Source: Thermodesulfobacteriota bacterium
Lineage (GTDB): Bacteria > Desulfobacterota > Desulfobacteria > Desulfobacterales > C00003060
Assembly (NCBI GenBank): GCA_034189385.1
Contig: JAXHVD010000019.1
Location: forward strand, 26,181 to 90,180
Length of the DNA: 64,000 nucleotides
Direction: 5' to 3'
Shown: positions 39,204 to 48,506 of the stretch, piece by piece
Layout: each line of letters begins with the position of its first letter
Numbering within the stretch: position 1 is the stretch's first letter
Program-made: the position numbers and the translations under genes
The notes under the pieces: model-generated
The model's input: the letters and a program-made list of their open reading frames with translations, nothing else
Told to the model about the DNA's origin: nothing
Databases searched by the model: none

Positions 39204-40736
39204 ATGAAGACGAAGTCTATAGAAAAAAGGGTTCAGGCGAGGATTCTCGCTTTGGTCGTGGCGCTAACCTCGATCGTCCTTGGCTGTGCCCACCAGCGCG
39301 GCCTGCAGGGAGACAAAGCGCCGTTCGTTATCCTCATGATCGGGGACGGCATGGGAGGGTGGCACGTAGATGCCACCCGGCGGTATCTGGACGACGGACC
39401 GCTGGCCATGGAAACCCTTGACCACCAGGGGTACATGACGACCTTCATGAGAAACCCCGCTGACAATGTTGGTGCCTATGCCAGTGAGGAGGAGTACTGG
39501 GATGATTCCAGTGAAACGGGCAGTTACGATCCAGCGCTAGGCGGCAAGACCCCCTGGGACATGACGCCAGTGCCCGAGTATGTGCAACAAGGGGCTACAG
39601 ACTCGGCCGCGGCAGCCAGTGCCATGTATTCTGGAAGAAAGACATGTAAATACTGCTTGAACGTTTTGGCCAAGGATGAGGGGTATCCCCGTGAAGCGCC
39701 TTTTTCGGTGAAATATGTCCCCACCATCGTGGACCACGCACAAGCCATGGGAAAAGCTGCCGGCCTTGTCACCTCTGTACCCTTTCATCATGCCACGCCA
39801 GCAGCGGCCGTGGTGAAGACCCAATATAGGAAGAACTGGGCTGAGAAGTCTCGTCAGATGGTTTACTCCGATGTGGATGTCATCATGGGCGCCGGCCACC
39901 CTTGCTATGACAACAATGGCCAACCTCAGGCCTGTGATTACGTCACGTTTCACAAGAACAAGGGGAGCTATCTGGATGACGGGGAGGGCGAGGCCCTTTT
40001 CAACCTGATAGCTGCCGGTTTCAGGGGAAGAACCTTTGTGGGGAAAAGGGCCGACTTTGAAGATCTGGCAGACGGCGACCGGCTATATCGCGGCAGGCCC
40101 ATGCCCTTGCGTGTCTTTGGGTTGGCCCAGGTTGCCGACACCCTCCAGTACAACCGCAACATGGACGATGGCGACGCCTCTGATGACTGGAAAGTGGGCG
40201 GTCAGGCCTACATTCCAAGCGTCCCTAATCTGAGGACCATGACCGAGGGCGCCCTTGCTGTGCTGGAGCAGGACGAAGACGGATTCTGGCTCATGGTCGA
40301 AGGCGGTGCCATTGATTGGGCAAGCCATGCCAATGACATGACCAGAATGCTCGAGGAAACTATTGATTTTGATGATGCCGTTCAAGCGGTCATCGACTGG
40401 GTGGAAGACCCTTCCAACGGCAGTGACTGGACAAATACGCTTTTGATCGTGACAGCAGATCATGAGTGCGGCCACCTCCAGCCGGTAGGCGAGGTCACGG
40501 GAGACAAGGTCATCTCCACCCAGTGCTGGGGAGTAAAGAAAGGGGCCGAAACCGGCACCGTGACCTGCGCTGGCTGGAACCAACATACCAACAGCCTGGT
40601 CCCCATCTACGCCCAAGGGGTGGGGGCTGAGGCCCTTAGGGCGCGTTACAAAGGAGATTGTAGGGACAACACCGACATCTTCAAGATCATGGTCCAGAGT
40701 ATGAAAGGGCACAGGGCGCCTTTGGCCTTTAGATAG
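39204..40736 (+). CDS. phoA: Alkaline phosphatase (PhoA family), probable lipoprotein
   Basis: VLGC lipobox; MIGDGMG, TDSAAA (catalytic Ser), HATPAA, VEGGAIDWASHAN, TADHE metal ligands. Confidence 0.9.
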   Translation: MKTKSIEKRVQARILALVVALTSIVLGCAHQRGLQGDKAPFVILMIGDGMGGWHVDATRRYLDDGPLAMETLDHQGYMTTFMRNPADNVGAYASEEEYWDDSSETGSYDPALGGKTPWDMTPVPEYVQQGATDSAAAASAMYSGRKTCKYCLNVLAKDEGYPREAPFSVKYVPTIVDHAQAMGKAAGLVTSVPFHHATPAAAVVKTQYRKNWAEKSRQMVYSDVDVIMGAGHPCYDNNGQPQACDYVTFHKNKGSYLDDGEGEALFNLIAAGFRGRTFVGKRADFEDLADGDRLYRGRPMPLRVFGLAQVADTLQYNRNMDDGDASDDWKVGGQAYIPSVPNLRTMTEGALAVLEQDEDGFWLMVEGGAIDWASHANDMTRMLEETIDFDDAVQAVIDWVEDPSNGSDWTNTLLIVTADHECGHLQPVGEVTGDKVISTQCWGVKKGAETGTVTCAGWNQHTNSLVPIYAQGVGAEALRARYKGDCRDNTDIFKIMVQSMKGHRAPLAFR

Positions 40737-41011
40737 CACCCATGCACTCCCTTGGTTACAGCCCTTCCTGGCTCACATTCCTGTGGGAAAGGAATCTCCC
40801 TTAGGCGGTCGGCAACTCACCAAGGTCTTCCCCCAATTGAGCAGATGGCCTCCTCATGGCCTGATCCATTGTGAGAGCAATCAATCTGTTGGTAACGTTC
40901 AAAAGTTGAGGCAACCCTCTTAGCAGGCAGTTAAGAGGATAGGGAGAATAGTGGTAGGGGCTACTTAAAAGCATTGGATGCCGAAGAGAAGCGATTCGCC
41001 CTATCCGGAAT

Positions 41012-41029
41012 GTCTATTCAGGAATAGAC
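41012..41029. promoter_or_regulatory. Perfect inverted repeat, candidate operator of the thiolase-like operon
   Basis: GTCTATTC-AG-GAATAGAC, about 215 bp upstream of ATG 41243. Confidence 0.4.
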
Positions 41030-41242
41030 TGTCACAACTTCTGAACCTTACTAATCTGTTAGACATGTAAATGCGTTGTGACTCCCTCACAGGAGGTCAA
41101 CAATTCGGTTGCGAAAAGGGTAAAAATATTGTAGACATAGCCACTATGAGTCTGCCTTAGACCAAGCCACGAGAAAACACCTCTAGATGAATGCACAAAG
41201 CCCGGGCCGATCGAATTCGGCAGAAAAGGGAGGGCACAATCC

Positions 41243-42394
41243 ATGTTAGACAAAGTTGCCATTGTGGGAGTAGGAACCACAGGCTTTCGATCCACCAGCC
41301 CCGATGTCTCATTCCGTGAGTTGACCTATGAAGCAGCAGTCAAAGCCTATGCAGATGCCCGGGTGGAACCCAAAGATATAGATGGGTTTGTGGCCACCTC
41401 TGAAGACTTCTTAGAGGGGTATAGCATTGCTGATGAATACAGCAACGACCAGCTGGGAGCCGTCCATAAGCCTGTGAGCACGGTGGCCGGGGACTTCATG
41501 CAGGCTCTGGCTCAGGGTTGCATGATGATTCAATCGGGATTCAGCCGCATTGTGGCGGTCCAGGCCCTGAGCAAGGCCTCGAATATGCTGACCCAGGCCG
41601 ACCTGGTGAATTTTGCGCTAGACCCTGTATACAATCGACCCCTTGACGTCCATGCCGATTTCATTGCCGGGTTGGAGATGAACCGGTACATGTATGAGAC
41701 CGGGACCACCCGGGAGGCGTGTGCGCAGGTCGTGGTGAAAAACCGGCGAAACGCCCTGACCAATCCCCTGGCTGGCCATGGAGCCATAGTCACCGTAGAA
41801 GATGTTCTAAAGGCCGAGGTCGTCTCCTACCCGCTGACGGAATTGGATATAGCCCCTACCTCGGACGGAGCCGTCGTCCTTGTATTGGCCTCCGAGGATG
41901 CGGCTCAGGCGCTCAGCGACTTGCCCCTGTGGATCCGGGGCATAGGGTGGTCTTCCGACACCCCTACCCTTGAGAGCAGAGACTGGGGGGCAGCAGTCTA
42001 CTGCCAAATGGCCGCAGACATGGCCTACAAACAAGCCGGAATCAGGAGCCCGAGAAGTGAGATCGATTTTGCAGAGATCAACGACGAGTATTCGTACAAG
42101 GAACTTCAGCATCTTGAGGCATTGAGGCTCTTTGGGCCAGGCGAGGCAGGGTTCCTCACAGAATCAGGGGCCACGGAAATCACAGGGGAATTCCCTGTCA
42201 ATGCCTCTGGTGGATCTTTGGGGTCAGGGCGTCTTTTTGAGGCTACTGGTGCCCAAAAGATCCTGGAGGTGGTCCTTCAGTTGCGAGGCCTGAAGGGCAC
42301 AAACCAGATTGAGGATGTCCACGTGGGACTGGCCCAAACCTGGCGGGGGGTCCCCACGACCACGGGAGCGGTGGCAGTTCTGTCCAACGAGTAA
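41243..42394 (+). CDS. Thiolase-like (SCP2-type fold) protein lacking canonical catalytic Cys/His
   Basis: VAIVGVG, KNRRNALTNP, SDGAVVLVLAS, VNASGGSLG; nucleophile loop reads VAGDF and GHP is replaced by GRL. Confidence 0.85.
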   Translation: MLDKVAIVGVGTTGFRSTSPDVSFRELTYEAAVKAYADARVEPKDIDGFVATSEDFLEGYSIADEYSNDQLGAVHKPVSTVAGDFMQALAQGCMMIQSGFSRIVAVQALSKASNMLTQADLVNFALDPVYNRPLDVHADFIAGLEMNRYMYETGTTREACAQVVVKNRRNALTNPLAGHGAIVTVEDVLKAEVVSYPLTELDIAPTSDGAVVLVLASEDAAQALSDLPLWIRGIGWSSDTPTLESRDWGAAVYCQMAADMAYKQAGIRSPRSEIDFAEINDEYSYKELQHLEALRLFGPGEAGFLTESGATEITGEFPVNASGGSLGSGRLFEATGAQKILEVVLQLRGLKGTNQIEDVHVGLAQTWRGVPTTTGAVAVLSNE

Positions 42395-42407
42395 GGAGGT
42401 CATTTAC

Positions 42408-43571
42408 ATGGGAAGGAGAAGAGTGGCGATTGTAGGGGCCGGCATGACAAAGTTCGTCCGCCGGGCCCTTGAGACCCCTAAGGAGTTGGCCTATGAGGCC
42501 TCCAAGATGGCCCTGGATTCCTGTGAGCTGTCTCTTGCCGACATTGACTGTGTGACCATCGGCACAGCACCCGATGCCTTTGACGGCGTCCATATGAACG
42601 GGGAGTTTCTCATTGACGGATCTGGTGCGTATCGAAAACCGGTGATGCGCAATTACGTGGGGGGCGGCACGGGCGTATATGCCCCCATTCACGGCTGGTT
42701 TCATGTGGCCTCGGGCATGTTCGATACCTGTCTTGTGGTGGCAGAAGAAAAGATGTCGAGCTGCCAACCCCACCCCGCAGGTGCTTTTTTAACAATCTTT
42801 GACCACACCACGGAACAGCCCTTGTATCCTACGCTGATCTGGATCTTTGCCATGGAAATGCATCGCTATATGCACACCTATGGCCTCACCAAAAAGGATA
42901 TCGCGCCAGTGGCTGTAAAGAACAAGAAAAATGCCTTGGATCATCCAGCCGCCCAGATTGCAGAGGAGATCACCGTCGAAGATGTCCTCAATTCTGAGGT
43001 CCTGGCCCACCCCGTGCACCGCCTGGACATCAGTCCCACGAGCGACGGGGCGGTGGCGGTGGTTCTTGCGGCAGAGCACGTGGCCAGGCGCATTACGGAC
43101 AAACCGGTGTGGATCGATGGGGTGGGCTATGCCCTGGACACCGCTTACTGGTGTACCCGAGACCTTTGCTACCCGGAATACTTGGAAGTGGCGGCCCGCC
43201 AGGCCTATGAGATGGCAGGCATACGGGAACCTCATAAGGAGATTCACATTGCAGAGCCCTATGATCCTTTCACGTACAAGGAGTTGCACCACATGGAAGG
43301 ACTCATGCTCTGCGGCAAAGGAGAAGCGCCGAGACTGTTGGCAGATGGGGTCACCCAAAGAGACGGGAACCTCCCTGTATGCCCCTCCGGAGGTCTTCTG
43401 GGGGTCGGCAACCCTATTGCGGCCGCCGGCCTGATGAAAGTCGCGGAGATCTTCTTGCAGCTCCGAGGAGAAGCGGGCAAGCGCCAGGTGCCTGGAAGAC
43501 CCACCACCGGTGTGGCCCAGGCCTGGGGGGATTTGATGCAGGTTGGAACCGTAATGGTCATGCGCAGATAA
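42408..43571 (+). CDS. Thiolase-like (SCP2-type fold) protein lacking canonical catalytic Cys
   Basis: VAIVGAGMTKF, SDGAVAVVLA, EPYDPF, PSGGLLGVGNP; AAGGAGG RBS before ATG 42408. Confidence 0.88.
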   Translation: MGRRRVAIVGAGMTKFVRRALETPKELAYEASKMALDSCELSLADIDCVTIGTAPDAFDGVHMNGEFLIDGSGAYRKPVMRNYVGGGTGVYAPIHGWFHVASGMFDTCLVVAEEKMSSCQPHPAGAFLTIFDHTTEQPLYPTLIWIFAMEMHRYMHTYGLTKKDIAPVAVKNKKNALDHPAAQIAEEITVEDVLNSEVLAHPVHRLDISPTSDGAVAVVLAAEHVARRITDKPVWIDGVGYALDTAYWCTRDLCYPEYLEVAARQAYEMAGIREPHKEIHIAEPYDPFTYKELHHMEGLMLCGKGEAPRLLADGVTQRDGNLPVCPSGGLLGVGNPIAAAGLMKVAEIFLQLRGEAGKRQVPGRPTTGVAQAWGDLMQVGTVMVMRR

Positions 43572-43583
43572 GGAGGTCACCCC

Positions 43584-44108
43584 GTGGAGATTACAACAGA
43601 TGTGTTGAAGAAAACGGCAACGCCCCTGAGCTCTAAGCACTTGTCCCAAGGAAAAGTCTTCACAGCAAGCTGTAAGCCGAACCTTGTCTATGCATGGGAC
43701 GACGGCGTGGCCATCGGGCGATACCTCAAAGAACTCAAACGGGGCCGCATCATGGCCAAGCGATGTCGCCAGTGCAACCGCATCATGCTTCCCCCCAGGA
43801 TGTTTTGCGAGCGATGCTGGAGAATCACCGACGAGTGGGTGCCTGTTAAAGACACCGGCAAGGTGAACACCTTTGCCATCAGCCATGTGGATTGGGCTGC
43901 GGGCCGCATCCCAAAGGGCCAACGTTATTTCACCCCTGCAGTCATTGAGATCGATGGGGCCTCTAAGGGGATGGGTATTCTTCATCTCATAGATGAGGTC
44001 AAGCCTGAAAAGATCTTCATCGGAATGCCGGTCAAGGCAGTGTGGCGCCCTGAGGCTGAGCGCGTAGGGGCCATTACTGATATTAAGTATTTTAGGCCGA
44101 TAGGATAG
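43584..44108 (+). CDS. DUF35 Zn-ribbon/OB-fold protein
   Basis: CRQC..PPRMFCERC, GKVNTF, IGMPVKAVW. Confidence 0.9.
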   Translation: MEITTDVLKKTATPLSSKHLSQGKVFTASCKPNLVYAWDDGVAIGRYLKELKRGRIMAKRCRQCNRIMLPPRMFCERCWRITDEWVPVKDTGKVNTFAISHVDWAAGRIPKGQRYFTPAVIEIDGASKGMGILHLIDEVKPEKIFIGMPVKAVWRPEAERVGAITDIKYFRPIG

Positions 44109-44215
44109 TGCTTTGGCGGTCTTTCTTGATGGCGCCGGGTCTGACAGCGGGTGATGGGGTAAGAAAGGGTTGGGGAAAAAGCGATCCGTCGCGATGATTG
44201 TAGGAGGGTCAATAC

Positions 44216-44710
44216 ATGGGACTAGTTGAACGACACGGCAACACGGCAGATCTCACCCATTGGCAAGGAAGAATCCCAGTCAATTACGCCTACACCACAG
44301 GAAGGGCAGGAGAAAAGTTCTTTAAGGGCCTTTTGAATGGGGAGTTCGTGGCCACCAAATGCCCTTCATGCGGCGTGGTCTACCTGCCGCCGAGAATATA
44401 CTGCGAACGTTGCTTTGAAAGGCTTCAAGACAACTACGAGAAGGTTGCCCCCCAAGGCGAGGTCCTCACCTTTACCATTTGTCACAGAAAGATGGATGGA
44501 AGCCCCAGTGATGACCCTGTTATAATAGCCATGGTACGAATTGATGATACGGACGGAGGGCTTGTTCACTGTCTGGGCGAGGTGACGCCCGAAGACGTGT
44601 ATATAGGCATGCCGTTGGAAGCGGTCTTCAAGCCCAAGAAACAGAGGAAAGGCTCCATTTTGGACATCAAGTATTTCAGGCCAAGAGAAAAAGGGGGGCG
44701 ACCAAAATAG
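44216..44710 (+). CDS. DUF35 Zn-ribbon/OB-fold protein
   Basis: CPSC..PPRIYCERC, GEVLTFT, IGMPLEAVF. Confidence 0.9.
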   Translation: MGLVERHGNTADLTHWQGRIPVNYAYTTGRAGEKFFKGLLNGEFVATKCPSCGVVYLPPRIYCERCFERLQDNYEKVAPQGEVLTFTICHRKMDGSPSDDPVIIAMVRIDDTDGGLVHCLGEVTPEDVYIGMPLEAVFKPKKQRKGSILDIKYFRPREKGGRPK

Positions 44711-44857
44711 CCTCTGTAATCAACCGTTAGATATCAATGCCTGCCCTCCTGTCTCCCCCGACCGCTTGAAAGTCTGCCCCCTCATCACGAACCGTGCCTG
44801 TCCGACCAAAAGGAGCTCACCCAATGGAAGAACTTCTGGAAGCTGGCCCCCGGCGAC

Positions 44858-44896
44858 CTAACAAAACCTTTGCACGATTCTCATGGAATGCTAACA
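44858..44896 (+). promoter_or_regulatory. Pho-box-like array upstream of phoB
   Basis: CTAACA/TTTGCA/CTCATG/CTAACA at 44858/69/80/91 (11-bp period). Confidence 0.65.
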
Positions 44897-44959
44897 TTTC
44901 CATTTTACCAATATGGGGTAAGGTCCGCTGTGCACCAAGTTTCATAGTGAGGTTATAAC

Positions 44960-45646
44960 ATGGCAAAAGAAAAGATCCTTGTTGTCGATGATGAGGAAGA
45001 TATCATCGAGTTGCTCAGATTCAATCTGTCAAGAGAGGGCTATCAGGTCTCTTCTGCCAAGTCCGGCGAAGAGGCCTTGACTCTGGTTCGTTCAGAAATG
45101 CCCAGCCTCCTGTTGTTGGATCTGATGCTGCCCGGCATAGATGGCCTGGAAGTGACGAGGCGTTTGAAAAGCAACCCAAACACCATGAACGTCCCCATCG
45201 TCATGTTGACGGCCAAGGGCGAGGAACCGGATATCGTGGCAGGGCTGGAACTTGGGGCGGACGACTATGTTACCAAACCATTCAGTCCCAGGATCTTGGT
45301 CGCAAGGGTAAGAGCGGTCCTCCGTAGAAAAGTCGTCGATCTCCCCAAGGAAACATCATCCTTTCAAATCCATGATCTTGTGATCCACCCGGGCCGCCAC
45401 GAAGTACTCGTAGATGGCAAACCAATTGAATTGACCTTCACAGAGTTTGCTATCCTTGATCACCTGGCAAGAAGACCAGGCTGGGTCTTTACCCGTTACC
45501 AGATTGTTGATGCGGTCCGAGGAACGGATTATCCCGTGACCGACCGTTCAGTGGACGTCCAGATTGTGGGACTGCGCAAGAAGCTTGGCCCTGCCGGCAA
45601 GTACATTGAAACGGTCCGAGGCGTCGGCTATCGGTTCAAGGAGTAG
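44960..45646 (+). CDS. phoB: Phosphate regulon response regulator (OmpR/PhoB family)
   Basis: REC plus winged helix (GLELGADDYVTKPFS, DRSVDVQI..LRKKL, IETVRGVGYRF); pst/phoU context. Confidence 0.9.
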   Translation: MAKEKILVVDDEEDIIELLRFNLSREGYQVSSAKSGEEALTLVRSEMPSLLLLDLMLPGIDGLEVTRRLKSNPNTMNVPIVMLTAKGEEPDIVAGLELGADDYVTKPFSPRILVARVRAVLRRKVVDLPKETSSFQIHDLVIHPGRHEVLVDGKPIELTFTEFAILDHLARRPGWVFTRYQIVDAVRGTDYPVTDRSVDVQIVGLRKKLGPAGKYIETVRGVGYRFKE

Positions 45647-45650
45647 GGCC

Positions 45651-47426
45651 ATGCCCAAAAAGAAACGGCTGCTCTGGCAGCTCTATCCCACCTATCTCTT
45701 CATTACCCTGGCTTGTCTCCTTGCTGCAACCTGGTATGCGTCTACATCTTTGAGGCATTTTTATCTTGACCAGACCGCAGCGGATCTTGAAGCCAGGGCC
45801 CGTCTCGTTGAACAACAGATCGCCCAATATCTCGATCCTCTGGATGAACGGGCCATTGACTTGTTGTGCAAAAACGTTGGCAGACGCGCCTCGACCCGAA
45901 TGACGATCATTCTTCCTTCGGGCAAAGTCGCCGGCGACTCTGAGAAACAGCCTGATAAAATGGACAGCCATACGGACCGGCCCGAATTCATTGGGGCCTT
46001 AAAGGCTCCTTCTTCTATGTCCATGAGGTACAGCCGAACGCTGGGCATGAACATGATGTACGTAGGCTTACCCCTTAAGGCAAATGGCAAGCTCCTGGCG
46101 GTGGTCCGTACGTCTATCCCGGTCAATGCCATAGACGATGCCATCAAGAGTATTCAAATCAAGATTGCCATTGGGGGGCTCGTCGTGGCCATGTTGGCGG
46201 CTGTGCTCAGCTTGATTGTCTCTCGCCATATCAGCCGGCCCATAGAAGAGATCAGAAAGGGAGCAGAATGCTTTGCTCGCGGCGAATTCCAATGCGTCCT
46301 ACCTGCCTCCAAGATAGAGGAAATTGGAGGCCTCTCTGATGCCATGAAGCAGATGGCCCTTGAACTCAGTGAACGTATCAACACTGTGATGGAGCAGCGT
46401 AACGAGATTGAGGCCATGCTTTCCAGTATGGTTGAAGGGGTCATCGCCGTGGACATGGAAGAGCGCGTGATCACCATGAATGATGCTGCCGGTCAGATGT
46501 TTGGATGCAATCCATCTAGGGCCCAAGGCCGGAGTATTCAGGAACTGGTCAGAAATACGGTCCTGCAGCGATTTGTGACGAGGGCATTGTCCAGCCAGGA
46601 GCCTGTGGAAAAAGACATTGTACTATCCTCTAATGGTGAGCGGTTCCTCAACGGCCACGGCACGGTGCTGCGTGACGCAAAGGGCAAACAGATCGGCGCG
46701 CTGGTGGTACTAAACGATGTCACGCATATCCGGAGACTTGAGAAGATCCGCCGCGACTTCGTCGCCAATGTCTCCCATGAAATAAAGACGCCCATCACGG
46801 CCATTAAAGGATTTGTGGAGACGCTCCTCGATGGGGCAATAGGAAACCCCGATGATGCCAAGCGGTTTCTGGGAATCATCCAGAAGCATGCCGACCGTCT
46901 CGAGGCCATCATCGAAGATCTTCTTAGCCTTTCCAGAATAGAGCGGGAGGCCGAAAGAGAGGAAGTGGAAATTGACGAGGGCCGGGTGAAGGACGTTCTC
47001 CAAAGCGCGATCCAATTCTGCGAGATCAGCACTGTGGCAAGGAAGATGGACATGGAGCTTTCTTGTGATGAAGAGATGAAGGCAAGAATGAATCCACCCT
47101 TGTTGGAGCAAGCCTTCGTGAACCTTCTTGAAAATGCCATCAAGTATAGTGATGACGGAAGTATCATTCGGCTGGAAGCCGCTGAGACAGGAGACGAAAT
47201 CGTTATCAGTGTGATTGACCAGGGGTGCGGTGTCGACAGGGAGCATTTGCCCAGACTCTTTGAGCGTTTCTACCGGGTAGACAAGGCAAGAAGCAGGGAT
47301 TTGGGAGGCACGGGACTCGGCCTTGCCATTGTCAAACACATTGCCCAGGCCCACGGCGGCCGCGTGTCTGTTGAGAGTACTCCTGGCAAGGGGAGCACTT
47401 TCTCCATCCACTTGCCCAAGGCGTAA
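45651..47426 (+). CDS. phoR: Phosphate regulon sensor kinase (2TM, HAMP, PAS, HisKA, HATPase)
   Basis: RRDFVANVSHEIKTP, RLFERFYRVDKARSR..GGTGLGL; start at ATG 45651. Confidence 0.92.
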   Translation: MPKKKRLLWQLYPTYLFITLACLLAATWYASTSLRHFYLDQTAADLEARARLVEQQIAQYLDPLDERAIDLLCKNVGRRASTRMTIILPSGKVAGDSEKQPDKMDSHTDRPEFIGALKAPSSMSMRYSRTLGMNMMYVGLPLKANGKLLAVVRTSIPVNAIDDAIKSIQIKIAIGGLVVAMLAAVLSLIVSRHISRPIEEIRKGAECFARGEFQCVLPASKIEEIGGLSDAMKQMALELSERINTVMEQRNEIEAMLSSMVEGVIAVDMEERVITMNDAAGQMFGCNPSRAQGRSIQELVRNTVLQRFVTRALSSQEPVEKDIVLSSNGERFLNGHGTVLRDAKGKQIGALVVLNDVTHIRRLEKIRRDFVANVSHEIKTPITAIKGFVETLLDGAIGNPDDAKRFLGIIQKHADRLEAIIEDLLSLSRIEREAEREEVEIDEGRVKDVLQSAIQFCEISTVARKMDMELSCDEEMKARMNPPLLEQAFVNLLENAIKYSDDGSIIRLEAAETGDEIVISVIDQGCGVDREHLPRLFERFYRVDKARSRDLGGTGLGLAIVKHIAQAHGGRVSVESTPGKGSTFSIHLPKA

Positions 47427-47557
47427 GGTTTGAGGAACCGTCTGCAATTCTTAACGCCCAGCTCATGGCAAATCTTTTTCTCCGCCGTGGCGGACTCAAT
47501 GTCCTTCGGAAAAAAGGGTTTTAAAAAGCGCTAACGTGTTAAGAGGAGAGTTATTAG

Positions 47558-47992
47558 ATGAAAGAGAAAAAGCGGATAGCATTGGTTGCTCACGACCAGA
47601 GAAAAGCGGATTTGCTGAGTTGGGTAGAATACAATATTGACGTGTTGTCAACGCACAAACTGTACGCCAGCGGAACAACTGGCAGAATCATTGCTGAAAA
47701 TTGCTCGTTAGACGTAAACCGGCTGAAAAGTGGCCCTCTGGGCGGAGATCAACAGCTTGGTGCCATGATTGCAAATGGAGAGCTTGACGTTTTGATATTC
47801 TTCTGGGATCCGATGAGCGCGCAACCACACGATGTTGACGTAAAGGCACTGCTCAGAATGTCCGTTTTATACAACATACCAACAGCCTGCAATAGATCCA
47901 CGGCAGACTTCATCATATCAAGCGAGCTGTTTCATCAGGAATATGAGCCTATCGTCAAAGACTACAGCAAATACATAAGAAGAGATGTATAG
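47558..47992 (+). CDS. mgsA: Methylglyoxal synthase
   Basis: IALVAHD..K, SGTTG, SGPLGGDQQ, FFWDP..PHDVDVKALLR. Confidence 0.97.
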   Translation: MKEKKRIALVAHDQRKADLLSWVEYNIDVLSTHKLYASGTTGRIIAENCSLDVNRLKSGPLGGDQQLGAMIANGELDVLIFFWDPMSAQPHDVDVKALLRMSVLYNIPTACNRSTADFIISSELFHQEYEPIVKDYSKYIRRDV

Positions 47993-48422
47993 GGTCTCAG
48001 AAGCATCCCATGTAGCCGGCAACGAAAATGGCAAACATCAAGATGGCGAACACCTTGGCAATGCGAGTCAACCATCGGCCCAACTCTTCCACAAGCTCTT
48101 CGTCCCAACTTTGTCACTTGACGGCGTTGTCCCTCTTTCTCGCTCCTCTGGTTGTCCAGAGAACGGAAATCACCGCCCTCCCAACCCTTTGAAAGAGCGT
48201 CAAAATGGGTCACGAATGGTAATCTAGTCCTTACCTAATGGTCCTCCGACAATTCCTGTCTAGTTTCTTTTTCACTCTTTTTCGGCGTTCAGAAGTTGCG
48301 GCATCCTGTGTTTCTGAGCGTTGCCCGTCTGTTGGTCTGGCTTGCCAGAAGGCCTTTGCACAGGTCATCATTGGTGGGGCATTAGCCATAAACGCTCTAT
48401 AAAGATGACGGCACACTAGAAG

Positions 48423-48450
48423 CTAACACAATCCTAACACAACCCTAACA
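48423..48450 (+). promoter_or_regulatory. Pho-box-like array upstream of pstS
   Basis: Three perfect CTAACA units at 48423, 48434 and 48445. Confidence 0.8.
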
Positions 48451-48506
48451 ATTCTAGAAGATTTTGGTCCTATCATTAGGAACTAAAAGCGATTGGAGGA
48501 GACGAA

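Noticed and set aside
41077..41091. CRP/FNR-like site TGTGA-CTCCC-TCACA
   Set aside because: Spacer is 5 nt rather than the 6 nt required for CRP; insufficient support.
42789..43985. 398-aa minus-strand ORF and other long antisense ORFs (e.g. 28568-29368, 46710-47447, 57004-57636)
   Set aside because: They overlap well-supported plus-strand genes and lack motifs; codon-bias shadows.
48423..48450. CTAACA repeats as a microsatellite or CRISPR remnant
   Set aside because: The 11-bp period and recurrence at phosphate promoters fit Pho boxes; no repeat-spacer array or cas gene was seen anywhere in the window.
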